DNA of 64,000 nt. It comes from Oscillospiraceae bacterium (GTDB lineage Bacteria; Bacillota; Clostridia; Oscillospirales; Ruminococcaceae). Positions 55,888-64,000 of this stretch are shown piece after piece. The translations under genes and the position numbers were made by a program. The stretch spans positions 18,543 through 82,542 of the forward strand of contig JAGAJN010000038.1 in NCBI GenBank assembly GCA_017828975.1. Reading direction: 5' to 3'. The stretch's first letter is position 1. Each line of letters begins with the position of its first letter. The notes under the pieces were generated by a model, which made no database searches, had not been told where the DNA came from, and worked only from the letters and a program-made list of their open reading frames with translations.

Positions 55888-58359
55888 GTGAGTGCAAAAA
55901 GAATGATCGCTGCCGCAGCTGTCAGCGGCGCTTCATACGGCTATGACAAGCTTTATAGCTATGCAGTGCCGCAGGATATGGAGCAGTATGTGCAGAAAGG
56001 TGTCAGAATAACTGTCCCGTTTGGGCGCGGAAATCAGAAGAAGATAGCGCTTGTAATGGACGTATCCTATTCCGAAGATGCAGATGCACTTTGCAAGTTC
56101 AAGCCTGTCATTTCTGTTGAGGACAAGGAACCCGTTCTTGACGGGGAAATGTTTGAACTGCTCTGCTGGCTGAGGTCAGCTACCCTTTGCACATATTTTG
56201 AAGCATTTCACACGATAATCCCCTCCGGTATGTCGCTGCGCATTTCGCAGAAGTATTCCGTGGTGCCTCCGTCGAAGGCTCCAAAATCGGTTCAGCTTGA
56301 TGACAGGGAGGATGAGATATACAAAATTCTCTGTTCCTCAAAGCTGAAAAGAGATGTTGACGGTATGCTTGAAAGCTTCCTCGGCACTTCCGATAAACAG
56401 TACATCAAATCGCTTATTGACAAGGGATTTATCACAGAAATAAATCAGGTCAAGCAGAAGGTCAAAAATGAGACCGTCCGCATGGTCAGACTTTCAGATG
56501 GATTTCTTGCAGATGAACAGGCATACAACATTACCCGAAAGCAAGATATTGCCGTAAAATTCCTTAAAGAAAATAACTCAGCTTCGATAAAGGAGCTGTG
56601 TTACATCTGCGGATTTACTTCGGCTGCTGTTTCGGGTATGATAAAAAAAGGTGTACTCACCGATTACGAATATGAGAATATCACCGTTCCCAAAGCTGAG
56701 GTAAAAGCCAATGTAGCGGATATTGTGCTTTCGGAAGAACAGCAGACCGCATACGACGGTATCTCCGAGCTTATCGACAGCGGAAAACCCAGTGCTTCGC
56801 TGCTTTACGGCGTTACGGGAAGCGGAAAAACTCTCGTATTTGTCAAGCTTATTCAGCATACAATAGAAAACGGGAAGAATGCTATTCTCCTTATCCCCGA
56901 GATCTCACTTACACCGCAGATACAGCAGCGATTTATCTCTCTGTTCGGGAATATAGTTTCTGTTGTTCACAGCGGGCTGTCGCTGTCGCAGCGGCTGAAT
57001 GAATATAAGCGTATCAAATCCGGAGATGTAAGGATAGTCATCGGCACGAGAAGTGCGATTTTTTCCCCGATTTCCGATATTGGCTTGATAATTATGGACG
57101 AGGAGGGTGAACGCACCTACAAATCCGAGTCATCGCCCAAATATCACGCAAGAGAGATCGCAAAGAAAAGGTGTGTTACCCATAATGCGGCACTTCTTAT
57201 GGCCTCGGCAACACCGTCCATCGAGAGTATGCGAGCCGCCGAAACAGGGAAATATCATCTTTTTACATTGAAAAACAGATACTCCCAAAACCCGCTGCCC
57301 GATGTGGAGATCATTGATCTGAATCAGGAGCTCCGAAACGGAAACAACAGTGTTTTCAGCGAAAAGCTGGCAAGGGAGATGCAATATAATCTGGAGCACG
57401 ATCAGCAGTCTATCCTTCTGCTGAACAGACGTGGATTTGATACCGTGCTGACCTGCTGCGATTGTCATGAAACCGAAAGCTGTCCCGAATGCAGTATCCC
57501 GCTGACATATCACAAGGCAAATAACCGTGTTATGTGCCATTACTGCGGATATTCCAGGGATTTCACAGGAGTTTGCAGCAAATGCGGCAGCAAGATACTC
57601 AAACATTCCGGTTATGGTACTCAGAAGGTTGAGGACGAACTCTCACTGCTATTTCCGCAGGCAAGGATTCTCCGTATGGATGCCGATACGACAGCCTCCA
57701 GATATGCCTATGATAAAAACTTTAAAGCCTTTGAGAATGGCGAATATGACATTATGATAGGAACGCAGATGATCTCAAAGGGGCTGGATTTTCCGAAAGT
57801 AACGCTTGTGGGCGTTCTGTCGGTCGACAAGGCACTTTATGCGGGAGATTTCAGAAGCTATGAGCGTACATTTTCGCTGATAACGCAGGTAGTCGGACGC
57901 TGCGGACGGGGAGAAATGAGAGGAAGGGCGTACCTTCAGACCTATTCTCCTGAGCATTATGTGTTAAATCTTGCAGCTTTACAGGATTACGACAGCTTTT
58001 ACAGTGAGGAAACTGCACTCAGAAAGGCTCTGATCTATCCGCCGTTCTGTGATATTTGCACAGTTACATTTTCCTCCATAATAGATTCCCGGGCAGATGA
58101 AGCATCAAAATTCTTTCTGACTCTTATGCAGGAAAAATTTGACGCGCTTGAAACTAAGATGCCTATAAGGGTGATCGGACCGTCAAGATGTGTCCTTGAA
58201 AAAATAAAAGGTAAGTACAGGTACAGAATTATCATAAAATGCAAAAACAATGCGGCTTTCCGCAGTTACATAGAAAGCGTATGGTTAGAAACCTTTACAC
58301 TTAAAGAATTTGCCAGAGTAATAACATCGCTGGATATTAACGGCGAAATCGGACTTTAA
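55888..58359 (+). CDS. priA: primosomal protein N-prime (replication restart helicase)
   Basis: Walker A GVTGSGKT, MDEE box and the Cys-rich zinc module CCDCHETESCPECS...CHYCGY...CSKCGS. Confidence 0.95.
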   Translation: MSAKRMIAAAAVSGASYGYDKLYSYAVPQDMEQYVQKGVRITVPFGRGNQKKIALVMDVSYSEDADALCKFKPVISVEDKEPVLDGEMFELLCWLRSATLCTYFEAFHTIIPSGMSLRISQKYSVVPPSKAPKSVQLDDREDEIYKILCSSKLKRDVDGMLESFLGTSDKQYIKSLIDKGFITEINQVKQKVKNETVRMVRLSDGFLADEQAYNITRKQDIAVKFLKENNSASIKELCYICGFTSAAVSGMIKKGVLTDYEYENITVPKAEVKANVADIVLSEEQQTAYDGISELIDSGKPSASLLYGVTGSGKTLVFVKLIQHTIENGKNAILLIPEISLTPQIQQRFISLFGNIVSVVHSGLSLSQRLNEYKRIKSGDVRIVIGTRSAIFSPISDIGLIIMDEEGERTYKSESSPKYHAREIAKKRCVTHNAALLMASATPSIESMRAAETGKYHLFTLKNRYSQNPLPDVEIIDLNQELRNGNNSVFSEKLAREMQYNLEHDQQSILLLNRRGFDTVLTCCDCHETESCPECSIPLTYHKANNRVMCHYCGYSRDFTGVCSKCGSKILKHSGYGTQKVEDELSLLFPQARILRMDADTTASRYAYDKNFKAFENGEYDIMIGTQMISKGLDFPKVTLVGVLSVDKALYAGDFRSYERTFSLITQVVGRCGRGEMRGRAYLQTYSPEHYVLNLAALQDYDSFYSEETALRKALIYPPFCDICTVTFSSIIDSRADEASKFFLTLMQEKFDALETKMPIRVIGPSRCVLEKIKGKYRYRIIIKCKNNAAFRSYIESVWLETFTLKEFARVITSLDINGEIGL

Positions 58360-58374
58360 ACGGAGGTTTTACAA

Positions 58375-58839
58375 ATGGCACTTAGAAATATTGTTAAAAA
58401 AGGCGATCCTATTCTGAATAAGGTCTGCCGCCCTGTTGAAAAATTTGATGACAGACTTGCTCAGCTGATCGACGATATGGCAGAGACTTTGAAGAAATCA
58501 GGCGGAGTCGGTCTGGCAGCGCCGCAGGTCGGAATGCTCAGGAGAGTCGTTGTTATCGATGTCGGAGAGGGACTTATCGAGCTTGTAAATCCAAAGATCA
58601 AATCAAAATCAGGCAGGCAGTATACTGTTGAGGGCTGTCTATCCTGTCCCGATGATTGGGGATATACAACTCGTCCCAAGGTAGTTACCGTTGAAGCATA
58701 TAACCGTAACGGCGAGCTTAAAACCTATAAAGGCAAGGACCTGCTGGCAAAGGCGTTCTGTCATGAGCTTGACCATCTGGACGGACATCTGTTTACCGAA
58801 ATAATCGAAGAACGTGTCGATCCAAAGGATCTGAAGTAA
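58375..58839 (+). CDS. def: peptide deformylase
   Basis: GLAAPQVG, EGCLS and HELDHL motifs. Confidence 0.95.
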   Translation: MALRNIVKKGDPILNKVCRPVEKFDDRLAQLIDDMAETLKKSGGVGLAAPQVGMLRRVVVIDVGEGLIELVNPKIKSKSGRQYTVEGCLSCPDDWGYTTRPKVVTVEAYNRNGELKTYKGKDLLAKAFCHELDHLDGHLFTEIIEERVDPKDLK

Positions 58840-58852
58840 AGGAGCGGTACCG

Positions 58853-59803
58853 TTGAATATAATCTACATGGGAACTCCGGATTTTGCAGTTCCGCCCTTA
58901 AATGCCATAATCAGCAGCGGTGAAAATGTTCAGGCGGTTTTTACACAGCCCGATAAGCCCAAGGGAAGGGGCTTCAAGCTGCTGCCTACGCCTGTAAAGG
59001 AATGTGCCTTGTCACACAATATTCCCGTATATCAGCCGCTCAGTCTGAGAAAAGGCGAGGAAGGTGCAGCTGCTGAAGCATTGATAAAGGAGCTGGCTCC
59101 CGACCTTATAGTTGTTGCAGCTTACGGGCAGATACTTCCTCAGTCAATATTGGACATTCCTAAATTCGGCTGTGTGAATATTCACGCTTCACTTCTACCA
59201 AAATACAGAGGTGCCGCACCTATTCAGCGTGTTATCCTTGACGGGGAAACAGAAACAGGCGTTACGGCTATGCGAATGGCTGATGGCATCGACACGGGCG
59301 ATATGATTATGAAGCTTTCTGTTAAGATAGGCGAAAATGAAACTGCTTCGGAGCTTCATGACAGGCTTTCCGAGCTTGGTGCCGATCTGATAATCAAAAC
59401 CATTGAGGCATTGAAAAACGGTACTGCGATTTATGAGAAGCAGGACGACAGTAAGTCGTGCCACGCAGCCAAAATTGACAAGTCTATGAGCTTTACAGAT
59501 TTTTCGCTGCCCGCAGAACAGGTCCATAACCATATTAGAGGACTGTCCGCATCACCCTGTGCAGCTGCATATTTGTGCGGAAAACGGTTGAAAATATTCC
59601 ATTCGGAGCTTGTAAAGGGCGTAAGCGGAGCACCCGGAGAAATTGTAAATGCAGATAACTTTACAGTAGCTTGTGGCGACGGAAACGGTGTAAAGCTTAC
59701 AGAAGTTCAGGGCGAAGGAGGAAAGCGTCTTAAAACCGATGACTTCCTGCGCGGCTGCAATATTGAAAAGGGTATGATACTCAGATCATCTCAGAATGAA
59801 TAA
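58853..59803 (+). CDS. fmt: methionyl-tRNA formyltransferase
   Basis: IIYMGTPDFAV and NIHASLLPKYRGAAPIQ motifs. TTG start. Confidence 0.95.
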   Translation: MNIIYMGTPDFAVPPLNAIISSGENVQAVFTQPDKPKGRGFKLLPTPVKECALSHNIPVYQPLSLRKGEEGAAAEALIKELAPDLIVVAAYGQILPQSILDIPKFGCVNIHASLLPKYRGAAPIQRVILDGETETGVTAMRMADGIDTGDMIMKLSVKIGENETASELHDRLSELGADLIIKTIEALKNGTAIYEKQDDSKSCHAAKIDKSMSFTDFSLPAEQVHNHIRGLSASPCAAAYLCGKRLKIFHSELVKGVSGAPGEIVNADNFTVACGDGNGVKLTEVQGEGGKRLKTDDFLRGCNIEKGMILRSSQNE

Positions 59804-59823
59804 TTTTAAAAGGAGTGCTGCTA

Positions 59824-60504
59824 ATGCTGTGGTATGATCCCACCTACCTTATAATGATACCAGCGATCATTTTCGCACTTATCGCTGACAGTATGGTAAA
59901 AAGTAATTTTTCAAAATACAGCAAAGAAGAAAGCGCAAAGGGCGTAACAGGTGCTGATGCAGCAAGAGCTATACTCAACGAAAACGGACTTTATAACGTG
60001 GGCATTGAAGCTATTTCGGGTGAACTGACAGACCATTATGATCCGACCGCCAATGTTATCAGGCTTTCGCAGTCGGTGTACGGAAGCACGTCTATCGCAG
60101 CTATCGGCGTTGCTGCCCATGAGGCGGGACACGCTGTTCAGCATTCCGAGCAGTATGTTCCCATAAAAATCAGAACTGCGGTCATCCCGGTTTCAAAAAT
60201 AGGCTCATCACTTTCTATGCCGTTGGTGCTGCTGGGACTTTTTTTCTCCTTCAAGCCACTTATTACGGCGGGAATTTTCGCATTTACTGCTGTTGTTCTG
60301 CTCCAGCTGATCACCCTTCCCGTGGAATTCAACGCAAGCTCCCGTGCTCTGAAGGCATTGGACAATCAGGGTATTCTATTTCCCGAGGAACTGGGTAAGG
60401 CTAAAAAGGTGCTTTCCGCTGCGGCGATGACCTATGTTGCTGCAATGCTCTCCTCACTGCTTACGCTTCTGCGTCTGATACTTCTGTCAAGGAGAAGAAA
60501 ATAA
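59824..60504 (+). CDS. membrane zinc metallopeptidase (Zn_peptidase_2 family)
   Basis: HEAGHAVQH motif. The ATG lies 8 nt after AGGAG. Confidence 0.8.
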   Translation: MLWYDPTYLIMIPAIIFALIADSMVKSNFSKYSKEESAKGVTGADAARAILNENGLYNVGIEAISGELTDHYDPTANVIRLSQSVYGSTSIAAIGVAAHEAGHAVQHSEQYVPIKIRTAVIPVSKIGSSLSMPLVLLGLFFSFKPLITAGIFAFTAVVLLQLITLPVEFNASSRALKALDNQGILFPEELGKAKKVLSAAAMTYVAAMLSSLLTLLRLILLSRRRK

Positions 60505-61811
60505 TGAGTGCTTTACAGGTGGTTTATGACCTTCTCGTGAAGATGGAAAAAAGCGCATATTCAAATATTGCTCTCTCTTCGGCACTGAATTCCTCGGCAT
60601 TTTCTCCGCAGGATAAGCGTCTGGTATCAAGGCTGTTTTACGGTGTTATCGAGCGGAAGCTGACACTTGATCACATTGTTTCTAAATATAGCAAAAAGTC
60701 CCCCGGTAAGCTTGATATTGAAGTGCTTATTGTCCTCAGAATGGGACTTTATCAGCTTTTATATATGGATAAGATCCCCGACAATGCGGCAGTAAACGGT
60801 TCTGTTGAGCTTGTGAAGGCTAACAGGAAATCAAGTGCCTCGGGTTTTGTCAATGCCATTCTCAGAAGCTTTATTCGGGACGGCAAAAAGATAGAATATC
60901 CAAGTGACAGGATCGAAAGGCTTTCCGTTGAGCATTCCTGTCCCGTTTGGCTGGTGAATAAGCTTATCTCGGAATATGGCGAAGAAAATGCTGTATCGCT
61001 TATCAGGATTGACAGCGGACCTCCGCCTATCGCAGTCAGGGTAAACACAACTCTCACCAACTCAGATAAGCTTGTCAAGCGTCTGGCAGATGAAGGCGTT
61101 TCGGCAGATATTTGTGATATTCTGCCAAATTGCCTTTTAATTCACGGAACAGGAAGTGTTGAGGAGCTTTCGGCATTTAAAGAAGGCTTATTTCACGTCC
61201 AAGACCTTTCTTCACAGCTTTGTGCGGAAGCTCTGGGGGCTGTTTCGGGAGATGTTGTGCTGGATATGTGCTCGGCTCCCGGGGGCAAAAGCTTTACCAT
61301 TGCGGAGATAATGGGGAATAAGGGCAGCTTATTTGCCTATGAGCTTCATAAAAAGCGCACTGACCTGGTGGCAGAGGGTGCAGCAAGACTTAAATTGGAC
61401 ATAATAACAGCTGCTGAGAACAACGCTTCGGTTTACTCCGACAATATTCCGTCAGCTGACAAAATTCTTTGTGATGTTCCATGCTCCGGTCTGGGCGTTA
61501 TAAGACGCAAGCCTGAGATCAAATACAAAAATGAGTGCGAACTTCAAAGGCTGCCTGAGATACAGCTGAGTATTCTTGAAACCTCGGCAAAATATCTCAG
61601 GGACGGCGGTGAACTGATATACTCAACCTGTTCGGTAAGCCGCAGCGAGAATGACGAAGTTGTTAACAGATTTCTGGAACGCAATCCGCGGTTTAAGGAA
61701 ATAGCATTTCTTGAAAATATCGGCGGACCGTTCGGGAAGGGCAGGGCAACTGTGTTTCCCAAGGATTTCGGAAGTGATGGGTTCTTCATCTGCAAGCTCC
61801 GAAAAGAATAA
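60504..61811 (+). CDS. rsmB: 16S rRNA (cytosine967-C5)-methyltransferase
   Basis: NusB-like N-terminus, DMCSAPGGKS SAM motif and PCSGLGVIRRKPE. Confidence 0.9.
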   Translation: MSALQVVYDLLVKMEKSAYSNIALSSALNSSAFSPQDKRLVSRLFYGVIERKLTLDHIVSKYSKKSPGKLDIEVLIVLRMGLYQLLYMDKIPDNAAVNGSVELVKANRKSSASGFVNAILRSFIRDGKKIEYPSDRIERLSVEHSCPVWLVNKLISEYGEENAVSLIRIDSGPPPIAVRVNTTLTNSDKLVKRLADEGVSADICDILPNCLLIHGTGSVEELSAFKEGLFHVQDLSSQLCAEALGAVSGDVVLDMCSAPGGKSFTIAEIMGNKGSLFAYELHKKRTDLVAEGAARLKLDIITAAENNASVYSDNIPSADKILCDVPCSGLGVIRRKPEIKYKNECELQRLPEIQLSILETSAKYLRDGGELIYSTCSVSRSENDEVVNRFLERNPRFKEIAFLENIGGPFGKGRATVFPKDFGSDGFFICKLRKE

Positions 61812-61829
61812 GTATATGGAGGTGAAATA

Positions 61830-62858
61830 ATGGACAGAATAGATATTTTATCGCTGACCCTTGATGAATTAACGGAAGAAATTCTGAAAATGGGCGAGAA
61901 AAAATTCAGAGCAAAACAGATCTTTGACTGGCTTCACTGCAAGCAGGCGGTTAGTTTTAGTGAAATGTCCAATATTTCATCGTCATTTTCTATAAAATTA
62001 GAAGAAAAATTTTGTATAAAAAGTCTAAATGTTGTCAGAAAGCTTGAATCTTTAATAGATAATACTGTAAAATATCTATATGAGCTGGACGATGGCAATC
62101 ACATTGAATCCGTGCTGATGGATTACAAGCACGGCAACAGCCTTTGCATCTCCACACAGGTGGGCTGCAAAATGGGCTGCCGGTTCTGCGCTTCGACTAT
62201 TGCGGGCTTTAAAAGAAATCTTCTGCCTTCGGAAATGCTGGGACAGGTTTATGCTGCGGAGGGAAATTCAGGCAGACATGTTGACAGCATCGTACTTATG
62301 GGCATTGGCGAGCCGCTGGATAACTTTGACAATGTGGTGAGATTTTTGCAGCTTCTCTCCTGTGAGGAGGGCAGGAATATGAGTCTCAGACATGTTTCGC
62401 TTTCTACCTGCGGTCTTGTTGACAGGATATATGACCTTGCCGAGCTTCGTATGGGACTTACGCTTTCGGTGTCACTACACGCTTCCACCGATGAAAAGAG
62501 AAGTGAGATAATGCCCGTAAACAAGCGTTATTCCATAGGCGAGCTTATGTCCGCCTGCCGTGATTATATGGATAAGACGGGACGCCGCATCTCCTTTGAA
62601 TATGCAGTTATCAAGGGAGTGAACGACCAAAAGCAGGACGCAGACGGTCTGATAAGACTTCTCAAGGGTATGAACTGTCATCTGAATCTCATTCCGGTAA
62701 ATGAGATCAAGGAACGTGATTTCAGGGCTGACAGAAATTCTCTATTCGCATTTTCGGATTATCTTTCTCAAAAAGGGCTAAATGTTACTGTAAGGCGGAC
62801 CCTCGGTGCTGATATTAATGCCGCCTGCGGTCAGCTTAGACGAGAATATGAAATATAA
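61830..62858 (+). CDS. rlmN: 23S rRNA (adenine2503-C2)-methyltransferase, radical SAM
   Basis: CKMGCRFC radical-SAM motif and C-terminal ACGQL. Confidence 0.93.
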   Translation: MDRIDILSLTLDELTEEILKMGEKKFRAKQIFDWLHCKQAVSFSEMSNISSSFSIKLEEKFCIKSLNVVRKLESLIDNTVKYLYELDDGNHIESVLMDYKHGNSLCISTQVGCKMGCRFCASTIAGFKRNLLPSEMLGQVYAAEGNSGRHVDSIVLMGIGEPLDNFDNVVRFLQLLSCEEGRNMSLRHVSLSTCGLVDRIYDLAELRMGLTLSVSLHASTDEKRSEIMPVNKRYSIGELMSACRDYMDKTGRRISFEYAVIKGVNDQKQDADGLIRLLKGMNCHLNLIPVNEIKERDFRADRNSLFAFSDYLSQKGLNVTVRRTLGADINAACGQLRREYEI

Positions 62859-62864
62859 AGTGAG

Positions 62865-63614
62865 GTGATTGCTGTGAATTGTTTTTCTAAAACCGACATC
62901 GGATATATCCGTGCCGAAAATCAGGACAGAGTTTGTATCTTAGACCTTGGCGAGGGAGCATTTGCGGCAATTGTCTGTGATGGTATGGGAGGAGAAAATG
63001 CGGGCAGTGTAGCAAGCAGCAATGCTGTACGTGTTTTGTCCGATATTATAACCAGAGGTTACAGGAGCGGTGCTGATGAAAATTCCATCAGAAATCTGCT
63101 TATTTCCGCTGTAAACACTGCAAATGCTGTTATCTATGACCTTGCCAGCTCCAATGAAGAGATGAGCGGAATGGGAACTACCTGCGTTGCAGCAATTTTC
63201 TGCGAAAACAATGCCCATATTATAAACGTGGGCGATTCAAGGGCGTATTTTATCGCCGACAATGAGATAACTCAAATAACCGTTGACCATACAGTTGTCA
63301 TGGATATGTACATCAATGGTGAGATCAGCAAGGAAGAGCTTAAAACCCACCCGAAACGCAATTATCTTACCAAGGCTCTTGGAGTCAGCAGTTCGGTGGG
63401 ACCTGACTATTTTGAAATTAAAGGCATCGAAAATTCTATATTCCTGCTCTGCACAGACGGGCTTACCGGTGTGTGCGAGGATTCGGATATTTTACATAAA
63501 TTAAATCAGATAACCGAACGGCAGACTTCCGCCGATGAATTGGTGCAGTTTGCTTTGGATTCGGGAAGCCGTGATAATGTGTCCACAGTAGTAGTATACT
63601 GCGATAACACTTAA
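62865..63614 (+). CDS. stp: PP2C-family Ser/Thr phosphatase (Stp/PrpC)
   Basis: RAENQD, VCDGMGG and DGLT motifs. Lies upstream of prkC. Confidence 0.9.
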   Translation: MIAVNCFSKTDIGYIRAENQDRVCILDLGEGAFAAIVCDGMGGENAGSVASSNAVRVLSDIITRGYRSGADENSIRNLLISAVNTANAVIYDLASSNEEMSGMGTTCVAAIFCENNAHIINVGDSRAYFIADNEITQITVDHTVVMDMYINGEISKEELKTHPKRNYLTKALGVSSSVGPDYFEIKGIENSIFLLCTDGLTGVCEDSDILHKLNQITERQTSADELVQFALDSGSRDNVSTVVVYCDNT

Positions 63615-63658
63615 CCCGCCCGAGCATTTCAGGATATATATATACAGGAGTGAATTTG

Positions 63659-64000
63659 ATGGATAAAAATATTGGCAAGAAGCTTGACGGACGTTATGAG
63701 ATCACCGAGCTTATCGGTATTGGAGGAATGGCGGACGTTTACAAGGCCAACGATATTATTGAGGACAGAGTTGTTGCCGTAAAGATACTCAAAAATGAGT
63801 TTTCCGACAACGATGAGTTTATCAGAAGATTCAGAAATGAGTCTAAGGCGATAGCTGTTCTCTCACATCCAAATATCGTTAAAATATATGACGTAAGCTT
63901 CTCGGACAAGATGCAGTATATCGTCATGGAATATATTGACGGCATTACTCTGAAGGAATTTATTGAACAGCAGGGTGTGCTGAAATGGAAGGATACTATC
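63659..64000 (+). CDS. prkC: Ser/Thr protein kinase PrkC/PknB, N-terminal part (runs off the window)
   Basis: GIGGMADVYKA glycine loop and VAVKIL lysine. Confidence 0.9.
   Translation, partial: MDKNIGKKLDGRYEITELIGIGGMADVYKANDIIEDRVVAVKILKNEFSDNDEFIRRFRNESKAIAVLSHPNIVKIYDVSFSDKMQYIVMEYIDGITLKEFIEQQGVLKWKDTI

Noticed and set aside
1-64000. Scan for CRISPR arrays, tRNA/rRNA genes, IS elements, integrases, toxin-antitoxin pairs or defence islands
   Set aside because: I could recognise no spaced direct repeats, no tRNA-like T-arm motifs, and no transposase, recombinase or nuclease-type ORFs. The gene content is core housekeeping and sporulation throughout.

Overview
All calls are made by eye from the sequence and the ORF track, with no database search. 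The window is a core chromosomal segment of a spore-forming Firmicute, Clostridia-like by gene content. It carries spoIIGA-sigE-sigG, ytfI/ytfJ-like genes, scpAB and dacB. It also carries the yicC-remA-gmk-rpoZ-priA-def-fmt-rsmB-rlmN-stp-prkC block and the dgt-dnaG-rpoD block. About 67 protein genes are called; most are housekeeping and densely packed, many with 4-17 bp overlaps. I saw no rRNA, tRNA, CRISPR array, transposase, integrase or prophage signal. Several near-consensus sigma-A promoters and stem-loop terminators are readable. Four loci deserve a second look. (1) At 34698-36003, an orphan CheY-like receiver sits next to a protein with four tandem MshEN-type (c-di-GMP-receptor-like) 24-residue motifs fused to a CheX/CheC-type phosphatase motif. 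(2) At 14746-16983 there is a stand-alone RnfD/RnfE/RnfA-like membrane trio with no RnfC/G/B partners, in which the canonical flavinylation and Fe-S ligand positions look degenerate. (3) scpA has a conserved N-terminus that is in frame but has no canonical start codon (ATG-ATT-TGA, then an ATA/ATT-led ORF). (4) At 22577-23170 a perfect consensus promoter is embedded in an array of same-orientation TGTTC(TATGCA) repeats and drives a small membrane protein. Lesser items are a ComEC with a degenerate metallo-beta-lactamase motif, an MBOAT-DHHW O-acylation pair, a three-subunit transcarboxylase-like cluster, a MoxR-DUF58 operon and an unassigned about 300-nt unit ending in its own terminator.
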